Positions 1-10,093 of a stretch of DNA of 39,870 nt are shown in pieces (positions within the stretch are counted from its first letter, which is position 1; each line of letters starts with the position of its first letter). The notes beneath the pieces are model-generated. The model was not told the DNA's origin, searched no databases, and worked only from the letters and a program-made list of their open reading frames with translations. The DNA lies in the NCBI GenBank assembly GCA_011526395.1, contig WTHW01000047.1, forward strand, positions 1 to 39,870, given 5' to 3'. The stretch comes from Alphaproteobacteria bacterium. GTDB taxonomy: Bacteria > Pseudomonadota > Alphaproteobacteria > Puniceispirillales > Puniceispirillaceae. The translations under genes were made by a program, and so were the position numbers.

Positions 1-53
1 GAATCATACACATTCATCTGACAACCATATGTTTTAATATATAATTTTTTCAT
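1..53 (-). CDS. miaB: tRNA-i6A37 methylthiotransferase MiaB, N-terminal fragment running off the window edge
   Basis: The reverse complement of 1-53 reads ATG AAA AAA TTA TAT ATT AAA ACA TAT GGT TGT CAG ATG AAT GTG TAT GAT TC, i.e. MKKLYIKTYGCQMNVYDS. This is the characteristic MiaB/UPF0004 N-terminus (YIxTxGCQMNxxDS). It is not in the ORF track because it is truncated. Confidence 0.8.
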   Translation of the reverse strand, partial: MKKLYIKTYGCQMNVYD

Positions 54-157
54 ACTATTTTTTGAGGCTTGTTAGCATTAAAGGCAAAGAACTTAATTTT
101 TTCTCGCCGCGTTCTGACATATTTTTGGCGATATTCCAACTATAATGTAGCACGGAA

Positions 158-619
158 TTATACCTTTGACAGCCATAATTCCATAATGATCGCACCAATA
201 TGATTATCATAATAACTGGCTCTATGACCACATGCGATGAAGCCATATTTCTGGTATAAGAGGCGTGCTGGCTCATTTATTTCTGCGACTTCAAGCACCA
301 CTCTTGTCACATTCTGACAAGATAGCTCTTCTTGCAGTGCCAAAAGCAAGTCACCAGCGAAATTGCGTCTGCGATATGTCTCAGCAACAGCAATTTCAAT
401 TATCTCCGCCTCATCAGTAGCTATACGACAGATAACGGCAGCAGCAATATCTCCATTTTGCGATCTTATGGATAGGCCTAGATAGGCATCTTGGCTGAGT
501 GCTGATTGTGACCAGCCAGTTGCAAATTGGCCAAAGCCAAAGTGATTGAAAAACAGATCAAGATGCGCGCCATCTTCAGGCGATAATCTTGAAATAATCT
601 GCTTGTCATCTCTTGTCAT
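158..619 (-). CDS. rimI: Ribosomal-protein-alanine N-acetyltransferase (GNAT)
   Basis: 153 aa with a GNAT acetyl-CoA motif (YRRRNFAGDLL). It overlaps the tsaB stop by 4 nt, the classic tsaB-rimI pairing. Confidence 0.85.
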   Translation of the reverse strand: MTRDDKQIISRLSPEDGAHLDLFFNHFGFGQFATGWSQSALSQDAYLGLSIRSQNGDIAAAVICRIATDEAEIIEIAVAETYRRRNFAGDLLLALQEELSCQNVTRVVLEVAEINEPARLLYQKYGFIACGHRASYYDNHIGAIIMELWLSKV

Positions 620-1311
620 GCTGACTTAGACGGCCCTAATTTCGGCGCGACAACATATAAGGGGTCAAGTGGTGGTAATGACTTACTTGCTTGAAAATCA
701 ATAAACGCCACTCGTGCGATGTCACTGGCGCTCATAGGCACGATATGTACATTTTGGTTTATATTTGCCGCTATCTCGCCAAAATCATCTATGGGTGGCA
801 AGCATAGAATATCATCTTTTGCTGTAGACATCAGCTCTTCCATTGTTGCTTCTGCAATCTCTGATTTTGCTTCAAGCTGGCAGTCAAATCTTTGATAAAA
901 CAAACTGCCGCGGCGTGTATCAGCGCACGATATAATATCGCTCACATTATCAGGCATCTGCCTTTGCGCACCAAAAGCTCTTGCTCTTAGGCCATTGACA
1001 CCGATACTCGTCAGACCGCCTGCTATCGCAAAGCCTTTCGCAGCTGATAGGCACACACGCAAACCTGTAAATGACCCTGGTCCAACACCTGCAGCTATTA
1101 TATCCAAATCAGCAAAAGCTAACTCTGCATTAACAAGGCATTCTTTGACCAAAGGTACAAATTGACTGGCATGACCGTGGCGTTGCTCAAGACGCAATTC
1201 TAGCAACACATCATCACCTCTTGTCACCACAACAGATGCATGTTCACCACTTGCCTCAAGCCCTAAAATAACAGGGGGCTTTGTCTTTATATTTTGACTG
1301 TGACTATTCAT
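616..1311 (-). CDS. tsaB: tRNA t6A37 threonylcarbamoyltransferase complex dimerization subunit TsaB
   Basis: ILGLEASGEHASVVV and GPGSFTGLRV motifs of the TsaB/YeaZ family. I prefer the ATG at 1311 (MNSHSQ...). The ORF is open up to 1347. Confidence 0.85.
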   Translation of the reverse strand: MNSHSQNIKTKPPVILGLEASGEHASVVVTRGDDVLLELRLEQRHGHASQFVPLVKECLVNAELAFADLDIIAAGVGPGSFTGLRVCLSAAKGFAIAGGLTSIGVNGLRARAFGAQRQMPDNVSDIISCADTRRGSLFYQRFDCQLEAKSEIAEATMEELMSTAKDDILCLPPIDDFGEIAANINQNVHIVPMSASDIARVAFIDFQASKSLPPLDPLYVVAPKLGPSKSA

Positions 1312-1416
1312 GATTATTGATCTAACGATGCTTGCGTAAATGGTCAAAATAATATTATTTTGGCAAATGGCTAGTGATTATCAATGATGATACATATGAA
1401 AAGGGATTTGGCAGTT

Positions 1417-2460
1417 ATGTTTAGACAATCTGTGACCATCATCAAGCGTCTTTTCTTGGCAAGCGCCATGCTCGTATCTGCCTTGTCTGCCACGACTGCA
1501 TTTGCACAAGACCAAGATGGCGTCAGCTATGCAAGTGTCATCATGTATCATCGTTTTGGCGAAGATCGCTATCCGTCAACCAACACTACGATTGAACAGC
1601 TAGAAGCTCATATCGCTTATTTGCAAGATGGCAATTATAATATCATGCCCTTGCAAGAGATTATTTATCGCTTTCAATCCGGCCAAACTGTCCCAGATAA
1701 AACAGTCGCTATCACAATTGATGATGCCTATTTATCAGTTTACGAAACAGGCTGGCCTTATTTCAAAGACGCCAATTTTCCAATCACATTATTCGTCGCA
1801 ACAGGGCCTATTGACCGCGGATTGCGCGGCTATATGAATTGGGACCAGCTACGTGAACTGCAAGCGCAAGGGGTAACCATTGGGTCTCAAACCACAACCC
1901 ACCCCCATATGCATCGTATTTCAATAGACCAAGTCAAAGAGGAGCTAGCGACATCTAATGAGCGTTTCATTAATGAGCTTGGCCTTCGTCCAGACTTATT
2001 TGCCTATCCTTATGGTGAATATAATTTGAATGTGATTGAGGCCGTCAAAGAGGCAGGCTTTATCGCTGCCTTTGGTCAAAATTCAGGCATCATGCATAAA
2101 GATGATCTTATGTTTGAATTACCTCGTTTTGCCTTTAACGAGACCTATGGCGATATCAAAAGATTGGCACTTGCCGCAAATGGCCTACCACTGAAAGTAA
2201 CCCAAATCACGCCTGCTGATATGGTTATCACACAGAACCCACCTTTTTATGGTTTCACCTTGGATGAGGATATGGAGCCTAAAAAACAATTACGTTGTTT
2301 TTCATCAAGATATGGCAAGCTAGATGTATCATTAATCGGTCAGCGTGCTGAAATTCGTCTGCCCGGACCGCTTGATGGGCCGCGCTTTAGAATCAACTGC
2401 ACAATGCCAGCACGAGATGGCAGATGGCGCTGGTTTGGACGCCAATTCCTCACACGTTAG
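1417..2460 (+). CDS. Secreted polysaccharide deacetylase (NodB homology domain) with a C-terminal extension
   Basis: NodB motifs are present: ITIDDAY, HTTTHPHM and FAYPYGEY. The signal peptide is MFRQSVTIIKRLFLASAMLVSALSATTAFA/QD. The ORF is open from 1384. The 1417 ATG is preceded by a GGGA about 10 nt upstream. Confidence 0.85.
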   Translation: MFRQSVTIIKRLFLASAMLVSALSATTAFAQDQDGVSYASVIMYHRFGEDRYPSTNTTIEQLEAHIAYLQDGNYNIMPLQEIIYRFQSGQTVPDKTVAITIDDAYLSVYETGWPYFKDANFPITLFVATGPIDRGLRGYMNWDQLRELQAQGVTIGSQTTTHPHMHRISIDQVKEELATSNERFINELGLRPDLFAYPYGEYNLNVIEAVKEAGFIAAFGQNSGIMHKDDLMFELPRFAFNETYGDIKRLALAANGLPLKVTQITPADMVITQNPPFYGFTLDEDMEPKKQLRCFSSRYGKLDVSLIGQRAEIRLPGPLDGPRFRINCTMPARDGRWRWFGRQFLTR

Positions 2461-3842
2461 GATTGAGGTGCGACCTGATAGGTCTCGTAAATATCAAAGC
2501 GATTCTGCAAGATCATAGATTGCAAAACATAGACATATTTCTCGCCAAGCTCTGCATAGGCTGTCAAATATCGCGCTAATTTTATACCGCTCACCCTATC
2601 ACTCTGCTCTAATTCTTGCGCTCTAACAGTGCGCAAATCTTGATAGGCATAATGGGTATTCAAATTATGCATATAGGCAAAGACTGAATCATATATGGTT
2701 GCAAATGAGCGTATGACCGCTCGGCTATTTGAGGCATCTAAGGGCTTAATCCCTTGATCAGCACGCCACGCCCATTGACCGAATAAGGCATTACCTTCTT
2801 TGGCGAAACGTGATTGACCCCATCCTGATTCTACTGCTGCTTGCGCAAGTGCTAGCGAGGTTGGTATCGGCGCAATCCTCGATAAAAGCTCATCCTCTAA
2901 GGCTGTGCTATCACCCTCAAAATTGGCCAAACCATATAATTTGGCAAATTGCGCAATCTTCTCATCATCTCCGTCACGGATCGCCTCTTGTAATTTGGTG
3001 CGTCTATCAGAAATGATATCATTTGCCTGAATAATTAAAGGCAATAACAGAGTGATAAATTCTTTTTTGCGTTCTTTGACCGTTAACTGATCAATATCGC
3101 TTGGTATTTTTAACTTATTATGGCGTGGTACCACACCATCTTCAAACACCAGAACGGGCATACCTGCTTTTGGTAATTGGCGCGTTAAGCTTGCCTGCTC
3201 TTGGGGAGCATCATCTGCATCTTCGCGCTTTGCCCCCTCATCTTTTTTTGTAATATCAGCATTAAGTTCAGCGATTTTTTCTTCTAAAATACGGATATCT
3301 TCAAGGGTCGTGGCGGCTAATTTGCTTTGATTTTGGGCATTGGCTAGCGCTTTATTTGCCTCATCTTGCAATTTGCGGGCAGTGGCAAGCGCTCTTTGCG
3401 CTACCTTTTCTTTTTCATTTGCCTCTCGCAAAGCATCTCTTGCTTGCACTTCAGTCATACGAGCATAACGTAAGGCTTGCTTGGCTTCTTTTTCTTTTAA
3501 ATCAGCCACATCAAAAGCTTCATTAGCAGCTAGCGCATCTGTTTCTGCCGCTGCAAAAGCCTCTTCAGCTTCTCTTGTTTTTGCCATCGCGAGATTTTGG
3601 GCTTTTTCGGCCAATTGATTGCGTGCTGTCAGCACAGCTAGCCTATCTTCTAGCTTTGTAATCTCATCTCGTAATTCTTTTGCCTCTAGCTCTTTTAGCT
3701 GGAGCGGCGTCATAGCGTCCTTTGGGGTTAGGCGAGGGGGCTTCAGGCCAAACAAGGTTGGCATGGCATAACTCAATACCAGCATGAATGCTAAAAATAT
3801 TAGCAGCCTGCGGTTTGTAATACGCTCATTTGAGGATGCCAT
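2457..3842 (-). CDS. Membrane-anchored, coiled-coil-extended Bax-family N-acetylglucosaminidase domain protein
   Basis: There is an N-terminal TM helix (LLIFLAFMLVLSYAM). A stretch of about 190 aa rich in Ala/Glu/Lys has heptad-like character. The C-terminal part matches E. coli Bax and the FlgJ-type glucosaminidase (IPTSLALAQAAVESGWGQSRFAKEGNALFG; AYMHNLNTHYAYQDLRTVRAQ). Confidence 0.8.
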   Translation of the reverse strand: MASSNERITNRRLLIFLAFMLVLSYAMPTLFGLKPPRLTPKDAMTPLQLKELEAKELRDEITKLEDRLAVLTARNQLAEKAQNLAMAKTREAEEAFAAAETDALAANEAFDVADLKEKEAKQALRYARMTEVQARDALREANEKEKVAQRALATARKLQDEANKALANAQNQSKLAATTLEDIRILEEKIAELNADITKKDEGAKREDADDAPQEQASLTRQLPKAGMPVLVFEDGVVPRHNKLKIPSDIDQLTVKERKKEFITLLLPLIIQANDIISDRRTKLQEAIRDGDDEKIAQFAKLYGLANFEGDSTALEDELLSRIAPIPTSLALAQAAVESGWGQSRFAKEGNALFGQWAWRADQGIKPLDASNSRAVIRSFATIYDSVFAYMHNLNTHYAYQDLRTVRAQELEQSDRVSGIKLARYLTAYAELGEKYVYVLQSMILQNRFDIYETYQVAPQS

Positions 3843-3917
3843 TACTTGTTACTCTCGTCTGCCACATACGGCGCTTATATCGCCTATTTGCCCGAGCGTT
3901 AAAAAGATTACATCATG

Positions 3918-4466
3918 CTATTCAGCAGGACGCACTTCTCTTACCTCTGGGATGTAATGGCGCAACATATTCTCAATACCCATTTTCAACGTCGCTGTTG
4001 AACTTGGGCAACCTGAACAGGCACCGCGCATTGATAATGTAACAATGCCATCATCAAAATCATGAAAAACGATGTCACCGCCATCCATTGCCACAGCGGG
4101 GCGCACCCTTGTATCAAGCAAATGTTTGATTTGCTTTACAAGATCATCATCCTCATCATCAGATGACCCATCTTCGCTTTCGGCGTCAATCACAGGCAGG
4201 CCAGAGGCATAATGTTCCATAATACCTGCCAAGATAGATGGCTTTAATGTAAACCATTCTTGGTCATCTGTTTTTGTAACTGTGACAAAATCAGATCCTA
4301 AAAATACACCGCTAATGCCATCAATTTGAAATAATCTGCGAGCAAGAGCAGACCCTTTCGCGCTTTCCTTATCAGGGAAGTCAGCAGTGCCTTGACCCAT
4401 CACATCTGTGCCTGGGATGAATTTCAATGTAGCTGGATTTGGTGTGTCTTCAGTTTGAATAAACAT
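3918..4466 (-). CDS. NifU/Nfu-family Fe-S cluster assembly protein (Nfu_N + NifU C-terminal domain)
   Basis: MFIQTEDTPNPATLKFIPG N-terminus, a GACSGCPSS CxxC motif, and an acidic linker. Confidence 0.9.
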   Translation of the reverse strand: MFIQTEDTPNPATLKFIPGTDVMGQGTADFPDKESAKGSALARRLFQIDGISGVFLGSDFVTVTKTDDQEWFTLKPSILAGIMEHYASGLPVIDAESEDGSSDDEDDDLVKQIKHLLDTRVRPAVAMDGGDIVFHDFDDGIVTLSMRGACSGCPSSTATLKMGIENMLRHYIPEVREVRPAE

Positions 4467-4568
4467 GAGCCTCTACCTTACTTAATGCGTAATTCTATCC
4501 TTAATATAGGATAGCAACTGCCAATTTGAAATAGCCAGACCCATAAAAAGAAGATTTTGCCTTTGCGT

Positions 4569-5582
4569 CTATTTCACGAAGCCGACAATTTCCTTCACTT
4601 CATCTAAGATTGGCTCTGCAATGGCTGATGCACGCAGAGCGCCTTTTGCAAGCTGATTATCAATCTCTGCAACATCATTTAACAAGCGTCTCATCTCAGC
4701 GCTAATTGGTGATATCACCTCAGTCGCTAATTCTGCCAAAGCTGGTTTAAAAGCACCAAATCCTTGCCCTGCGAATTCGCTTAACACATCTTCTTGTGAA
4801 CGTCCTGATAGGCCTGCAAAAATCCCAACAAGATTGCGCGCCTCTGGACGCCCTTCAAGCCCTTCAAGCTCAGATGGCAATACATCTGCATCAGATTTTG
4901 CCTTTTTAATCTTTTGCGCAATCAGATCTGTATCATCTGTTAAATTGATACGTGTCATATCTGACTCAGCAGATTTACTCATCTTTGAGCTGCCATCACG
5001 CAATGACATCACGCGCGCGGCGGTTGTTTCAATCTTTGGCTCTGGCAGTGGGAAACACTCAACGTCAAACATTGAATTAAAGGCTGTGGCGATATCTCTT
5101 GTTAATTCAAGATGCTGTTTCTGGTCCTCACCAACAGGTACCAAAGTTGCTTTATAAGCAAGGATATCTGCTGCCATCAATACAGGATACCCATAGAGGC
5201 CAACTGTTGCATTTTCACGGTTCTTGCCTGCTTTTTCTTTGAATTGTGTCATGCGGTTAAGCCAACCTAGGCGGGCAACACAATTAAAGATCCATGATAA
5301 TTCAGCATGGCAAGATACTTGGCTTTGGTTAAATAAAATGGACTCATTTATATCAATACCAGAGGCTATCAAGCTCGCTGCAACCTCTCTTGTTGATTGG
5401 CGCAAAGCGGCAGGGTCTTGCGGTACTGTGATAGCATGCAGATCAACCACACAAAAAATCGATTCATATGATGATTGATAATTCACCCAGTTACGAATGG
5501 CGCCCAGATAATTACCAAGATGCAAATTACCTGTTGGCTGAACGCCTGAAAAAATACGTCCTAATTTCTCACCATTGCTCAT
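4569..5582 (-). CDS. trpS: Tryptophan--tRNA ligase
   Basis: Class I motifs are present: [12 protein letters not shown] (HIGH-type) and KMSKS. The ATG at 5582 is preceded by an AAGGA Shine-Dalgarno. The ORF is open to 5606. Confidence 0.95.
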   Translation of the reverse strand: MSNGEKLGRIFSGVQPTGNLHLGNYLGAIRNWVNYQSSYESIFCVVDLHAITVPQDPAALRQSTREVAASLIASGIDINESILFNQSQVSCHAELSWIFNCVARLGWLNRMTQFKEKAGKNRENATVGLYGYPVLMAADILAYKATLVPVGEDQKQHLELTRDIATAFNSMFDVECFPLPEPKIETTAARVMSLRDGSSKMSKSAESDMTRINLTDDTDLIAQKIKKAKSDADVLPSELEGLEGRPEARNLVGIFAGLSGRSQEDVLSEFAGQGFGAFKPALAELATEVISPISAEMRRLLNDVAEIDNQLAKGALRASAIAEPILDEVKEIVGFVK

Positions 5583-5648
5583 TTTATTATCCTTGCTTAA
5601 CCGCACAGCCTAAAATTATGGCCAAGAAACCTGTTTTGCTGAAAAAAA

Positions 5649-7259
5649 TCAACCTTTTCGTGCCGCTCTTTTCAGTCGGAATAAAAATGGTGGGATAACA
5701 CCCAGCATATAGGCCACACCAAAATAACTTACCAACCCTGCCAGAACCGTTACCATCAACATCAATAAAGCGCCAAATGGCAAAGCTAATATCAGCCCTG
5801 CGAGCGCCCATTTCGTGCCAAATAAAACAACAGACATCACAAAGCCACATGCTAAAATGGGCAAAGCCTGACCAATTGCTGATTTTGTAAGGCGCCCCTC
5901 TCGCATCAATAATACTGCCATCACACAGACACCAACCCATGATGCAATCGCTGTTGCAAGGGCGAGACCAATATGACCTAGATATGTCATCAAACTCACA
6001 GAGCCGACAATATTAATACCCACAGATAATAGCGAGATTTTCAGCACCAAGCCGCCACGGTTTGAGGCAAAAAAGGCTGGCTGAAACACCTTTGCGACAA
6101 CAAATGCCACCAACCCTGTCCCATAGGCCATCAAGGCATAGGCAGATTGCTGGCTATCTATCTGCGAGAACGCGCCATATTCAAATAGACCTGCTATCAA
6201 AATATCTGCTGTTAACAAAATCGCTAATGTGGCTGGGATTGAGAAAAACAAAGCAATTTGCAGCGAGTGGCCAATGCGATTGGCAACTTCTGTTTTATCA
6301 TCTTCTGATTCCAATTTGGACAAGGTCGGCAGTAAGGCCGTGCCAAGCGCAATACCAATAATACCAAGCGGTAATTGCACAATTCTATCACTATAATAAA
6401 GCCAAGAGATCGCGCCCACTGACACAAGAGACGCCAATATCATATCAATCAGGAAATTTAACTGAAGCCCGCCAGCCCCAAGCGCGGCAGGTAAAAATCC
6501 GCGCCACATTTTACGCCCATTATCAGTAAGGCGTGGCCTATGCCATGATAATTTTGCATCAATGCGCGCCAACATGCGTTGCATCAGCATCATCTGCGCA
6601 ACACCTGCCAGCAACACTGCCAAACATAGCGGCCATACCAGATGGAAAATACCCATCTCAACGCCTAATTGTGATGTGACATGCCCAAAAATAGGTGTCG
6701 TTAAGATGCCGCCAATCAAACAAATATTCAAAATAACGGGTGCCGCTGCACCGCCAAAAAACCGATTATGCGCATTTGTAACAGCCGCCCACAAAGCCAC
6801 CAGCGATATCATCGGAAGATACGGTATCGTGATACGTGCTAGGGCAACGGTTGAGTCAAATAAGGTCGCATCATCAACAAAGCCAGGCGCTAGAAACGCA
6901 ATCACAGATGGCATGAATATTTCAGCAAGCACCACAATCATACTAAGTGCGAGGAGGAGTATTATTTGCACTTCAGCTGCTAATATTAAGGCTGATGGCC
7001 TGCCTTGCGTGGTGCGCACATGTGCAAAAACTGGCAAGAACGCATTTGTCATCGCGCCGTCCGCTGTGAGGCGTCTGAATAAATTTGGTAATTTAAAGGC
7101 CACCAAAAATGCATCTGCCGCCGCGCCAGCACCAATAAATTGCGCAAGGCAAATATCACGCAAAAATCCCAGCACGCGCGATAAGGCTGTCAGGCCGCCA
7201 ATCTGTTTAAAGCTGCGATCAAAATCTTCATCTTTACGCAATTTTGAAATTGATTCCAC
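5649..7259 (-). CDS. murJ: Lipid II flippase MurJ (MviN)
   Basis: 536 aa polytopic membrane protein with the N-terminal LSRVLGFLRD signature of MurJ/MviN. It lies directly downstream of glnD, as in many alphaproteobacteria. Confidence 0.92.
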   Translation of the reverse strand: MESISKLRKDEDFDRSFKQIGGLTALSRVLGFLRDICLAQFIGAGAAADAFLVAFKLPNLFRRLTADGAMTNAFLPVFAHVRTTQGRPSALILAAEVQIILLLALSMIVVLAEIFMPSVIAFLAPGFVDDATLFDSTVALARITIPYLPMISLVALWAAVTNAHNRFFGGAAAPVILNICLIGGILTTPIFGHVTSQLGVEMGIFHLVWPLCLAVLLAGVAQMMLMQRMLARIDAKLSWHRPRLTDNGRKMWRGFLPAALGAGGLQLNFLIDMILASLVSVGAISWLYYSDRIVQLPLGIIGIALGTALLPTLSKLESEDDKTEVANRIGHSLQIALFFSIPATLAILLTADILIAGLFEYGAFSQIDSQQSAYALMAYGTGLVAFVVAKVFQPAFFASNRGGLVLKISLLSVGINIVGSVSLMTYLGHIGLALATAIASWVGVCVMAVLLMREGRLTKSAIGQALPILACGFVMSVVLFGTKWALAGLILALPFGALLMLMVTVLAGLVSYFGVAYMLGVIPPFLFRLKRAARKG

Positions 7260-7264
7260 TTACC

Positions 7265-10090
7265 CTATGCCTCACCACTATCTAGGACTGACATTAATTT
7301 TGCTTGTATTTTCTGCGCTGTCGTCTCATTCGGGATCTGTAAGCCGAAAATATCTCTGACATAAAACACATCTACTGCTTTTTCACCATAGGTAGACACA
7401 GATGATGAATGGATTTGCAATCCTAATTGGGCAATATGATAGGTTAGTTGATATAGCAATCCCGGCCTGTCTCTGCCATTCACCTCAATCACAGTATGAG
7501 TCTTAGAGCGTTTATTGGTCACAATAACCCGCGGCGTCACTGACATGGCACGAAGGCGCGCTGGTGCTGTGCGCCATTTTTTAGCAAGTGCTTCATGCAA
7601 ATTCGTCTCACCCATCAGGGCTTTTTCAATCCTGCTTCGAAGACGTGCTAGCTCATCCATATCCCGCACAGCTTGTCGGTCATCATTTTGAATGCGGAAA
7701 GCATCCAAAATCGTGCCATCTTTTCTTGTGTAAATGCGCGCATTGGCGATGGTCATTTGCGATAAAGCAACAGCCCCAGCAATGCGAGAGAACAAGCCTG
7801 GATGATCTTGCGTAATGATTGTCATCACAGTTGTGTTTAACGCATCATCACGATCAAAATCTACCAATAGAGGGGCATCTTCAGGTGAATATTGCTCCAC
7901 TAATTTTGCATGTTTTATCAGCCTGTCTGTTGAAAACCCTGTCCAGTAAGAGGGGTAAAACCCATCAACATAAGCATCAAACCGCGCCTCACCCCATCCT
8001 TGATTTCCAACCAGAGCCTCACGCACTTCAAACAAGGCTTGGCCAGCTGCCATATGCGCAACCTCTGCAGGCGCCGCGCCGCCTATAACAGCTTCTGCGC
8101 GCCAATATAAATCACGCATCAAGCTTGCTTTCCATCCATTCCAAATATCAGGACCAACAGCTCTGATATCAGCGACAGTTAAAATCAATAATAATTTTAA
8201 CCTCTCTGGTGATTGCACATTATCTGCAAAATCAGAAATTGTTTTTGGGTCATTCAAATCATAGCGAAAGGCGATTTTGCTCATCAATAAATGATGATAA
8301 ATCAACCACGATACTGTTTCTGTTTCAGCCTCATCCAATCCCAATTCAGGGCATAATTTTTCAGCAACCTCTGCCCCCAATATGGAATGATCACCGCCGC
8401 GCCCTTTGGCGATATCATGCAATAAAATCGCGACATATAAAACGCGGCGCGAGCTTATTTTAGAGAACAAATCGCACGCTAAAGGCGCCTCATCTTTGAC
8501 AAGCCCCTTTTCAATAGCATTCATAATGCCAACAGCTTTAATTGTATGCTCATCAACCGTATAGCTGTGATACATATCAAATTGCATCATGCCCACAATA
8601 CGACCGAAATCAGGCATATATTTTGATAAAAACCCTGATTCATTCATCAAGCGCAACACGCGTTCAGGGCTATTTTCATGCCCCAGAATATCTAGAAAAT
8701 AGGCATGTATTTCTGGTCGCCATAAATCATTATGTGACAGCCTATTCGTGCCTCTTGTTAATCGTTTGAAGCTATCTGGATGGATGTCTAGCTCATATTT
8801 TTGTGCATACCAAAAAATTTGGATAAGACGCGTTGCATCATGATGGAAAAACAAATCTGATGGCAAATGTAAGCGGCCATTTTTCAAAATAAATGGCGTG
8901 ATTGACATGCTAAAGCGCGCGACACCATCATGAAATAATCGGGACAGGCTTCGGCTTGATTTTGTATCAAACTCATCTTCGATAGCGGCGCAAAAAATAC
9001 GGGTCAAATTGCCAACATGTCTTGCAGCCAAATGATATCGTTTCATAAAGCGTTCAACGCCGCGCAAGCCATCTTTATCCTTAAAGCCCATTTGCGGTGC
9101 GATATCTATCTGTGCATCAAATGCCAGCATATCATCACCGCGCCCTGACCGCAGATGTAACAGGCATCTCACGGTCCACAAAAAGCGCTGTGATGCGGCA
9201 AATTTCCGTGCCTCAGAGACGCGAATAATCCCTTTTTCAAAAATCGCCATAATATCAGCTGACCGATAAGCAAATTTGGCTATCCAGAATAAGGTATGCA
9301 AATCGCGCAAACCACCTTTGCCTTCTTTTACTTGCGGCTCAACAACATAACGTGTGGCGCCATGATGTTTATGGCGGTGGTCACGCTCAGCAAGCTTATC
9401 ATGCACAAAGGCAATTGGGTTACTGCGCTTAATCAAAGATTCGATAGCATCTTCAAATTGCTGGCTTAAAGCTTCATCACCACAAATAAATCTGGTTTCA
9501 AGCAAACTGGTCATGATCGTAATATCATCTTTTGCCGCTGATATATTCTGCCTGATTGAGCGTGTTGCATGCCCAACTTTTAAGCCCAAATCCCATAACA
9601 GATATAAAATCACTTCTATTTCTGCTTGTCCGATTTCATCAGACGCTTTTTCTTGCAAGAATAGTAAATCAACATCACTAAATGGTGCTAATTCGCCTCT
9701 GCCATATCCACCTGTGGCCATAATGGCCCATTTATAGCCAGCTGGTTTTTCAAATAAATGTGCTGCCACATGTTCAACGATGATTTGGATAAATTTATCC
9801 ATACAAAGCGCATGCGCACCGACATATCTTGCGCCATCTTGTTTGTCATATAAATCACTTGCTAATGACTGGCGCATCTCTTCTAGGGCTTGTTTTAAGC
9901 GCTTGATAGATTCTTGGCGAAAATAGGTGCGCGCCTCTGACTGACCGCTATTGGCAAGGGCAAGCTCGCTTAAGTCAGACGCAAGTCCTTTATCATCAAA
10001 CCACTGTGCATCTGCCCCAAGCGCTGCATCAAGGGGTTTGAGCCAATCCTGCCATATCGAAGATGTCATCGTCGTGCTGGTATCATCCAT
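7265..10090 (-). CDS. glnD: Bifunctional [protein-PII] uridylyltransferase/uridylyl-removing enzyme
   Basis: 941 aa with a nucleotidyltransferase motif (GGYGRGELAPFSDVDLLFL), an HD domain (LLHDIAKG) and two C-terminal ACT-like domains. Confidence 0.95.
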   Translation of the reverse strand: MDDTSTTMTSSIWQDWLKPLDAALGADAQWFDDKGLASDLSELALANSGQSEARTYFRQESIKRLKQALEEMRQSLASDLYDKQDGARYVGAHALCMDKFIQIIVEHVAAHLFEKPAGYKWAIMATGGYGRGELAPFSDVDLLFLQEKASDEIGQAEIEVILYLLWDLGLKVGHATRSIRQNISAAKDDITIMTSLLETRFICGDEALSQQFEDAIESLIKRSNPIAFVHDKLAERDHRHKHHGATRYVVEPQVKEGKGGLRDLHTLFWIAKFAYRSADIMAIFEKGIIRVSEARKFAASQRFLWTVRCLLHLRSGRGDDMLAFDAQIDIAPQMGFKDKDGLRGVERFMKRYHLAARHVGNLTRIFCAAIEDEFDTKSSRSLSRLFHDGVARFSMSITPFILKNGRLHLPSDLFFHHDATRLIQIFWYAQKYELDIHPDSFKRLTRGTNRLSHNDLWRPEIHAYFLDILGHENSPERVLRLMNESGFLSKYMPDFGRIVGMMQFDMYHSYTVDEHTIKAVGIMNAIEKGLVKDEAPLACDLFSKISSRRVLYVAILLHDIAKGRGGDHSILGAEVAEKLCPELGLDEAETETVSWLIYHHLLMSKIAFRYDLNDPKTISDFADNVQSPERLKLLLILTVADIRAVGPDIWNGWKASLMRDLYWRAEAVIGGAAPAEVAHMAAGQALFEVREALVGNQGWGEARFDAYVDGFYPSYWTGFSTDRLIKHAKLVEQYSPEDAPLLVDFDRDDALNTTVMTIITQDHPGLFSRIAGAVALSQMTIANARIYTRKDGTILDAFRIQNDDRQAVRDMDELARLRSRIEKALMGETNLHEALAKKWRTAPARLRAMSVTPRVIVTNKRSKTHTVIEVNGRDRPGLLYQLTYHIAQLGLQIHSSSVSTYGEKAVDVFYVRDIFGLQIPNETTAQKIQAKLMSVLDSGEA

Positions 10091-10093
10091 CTC

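Noticed and set aside
55-276. 73-aa minus-strand ORF from the track, spanning the rimI 3' end and the rimI-miaB spacer
   Set aside because: It overlaps rimI out of frame, shows no recognisable family and has an odd composition. The real coding signal in this corner is the truncated miaB start at 1-53.
5587-5940. 117-aa minus-strand ORF overlapping the murJ 3' end and the trpS start region
   Set aside because: It is out of frame with murJ, is Cys/Trp-rich and shows no homology. The murJ reading frame explains the region.
6562-7359. 265-aa plus-strand ORF antisense to murJ and the glnD 3' end
   Set aside because: It is a shadow ORF opposite a strongly supported membrane-protein gene. It has a low-complexity Ala/Ser/Arg-rich translation, no Shine-Dalgarno and no family resemblance.
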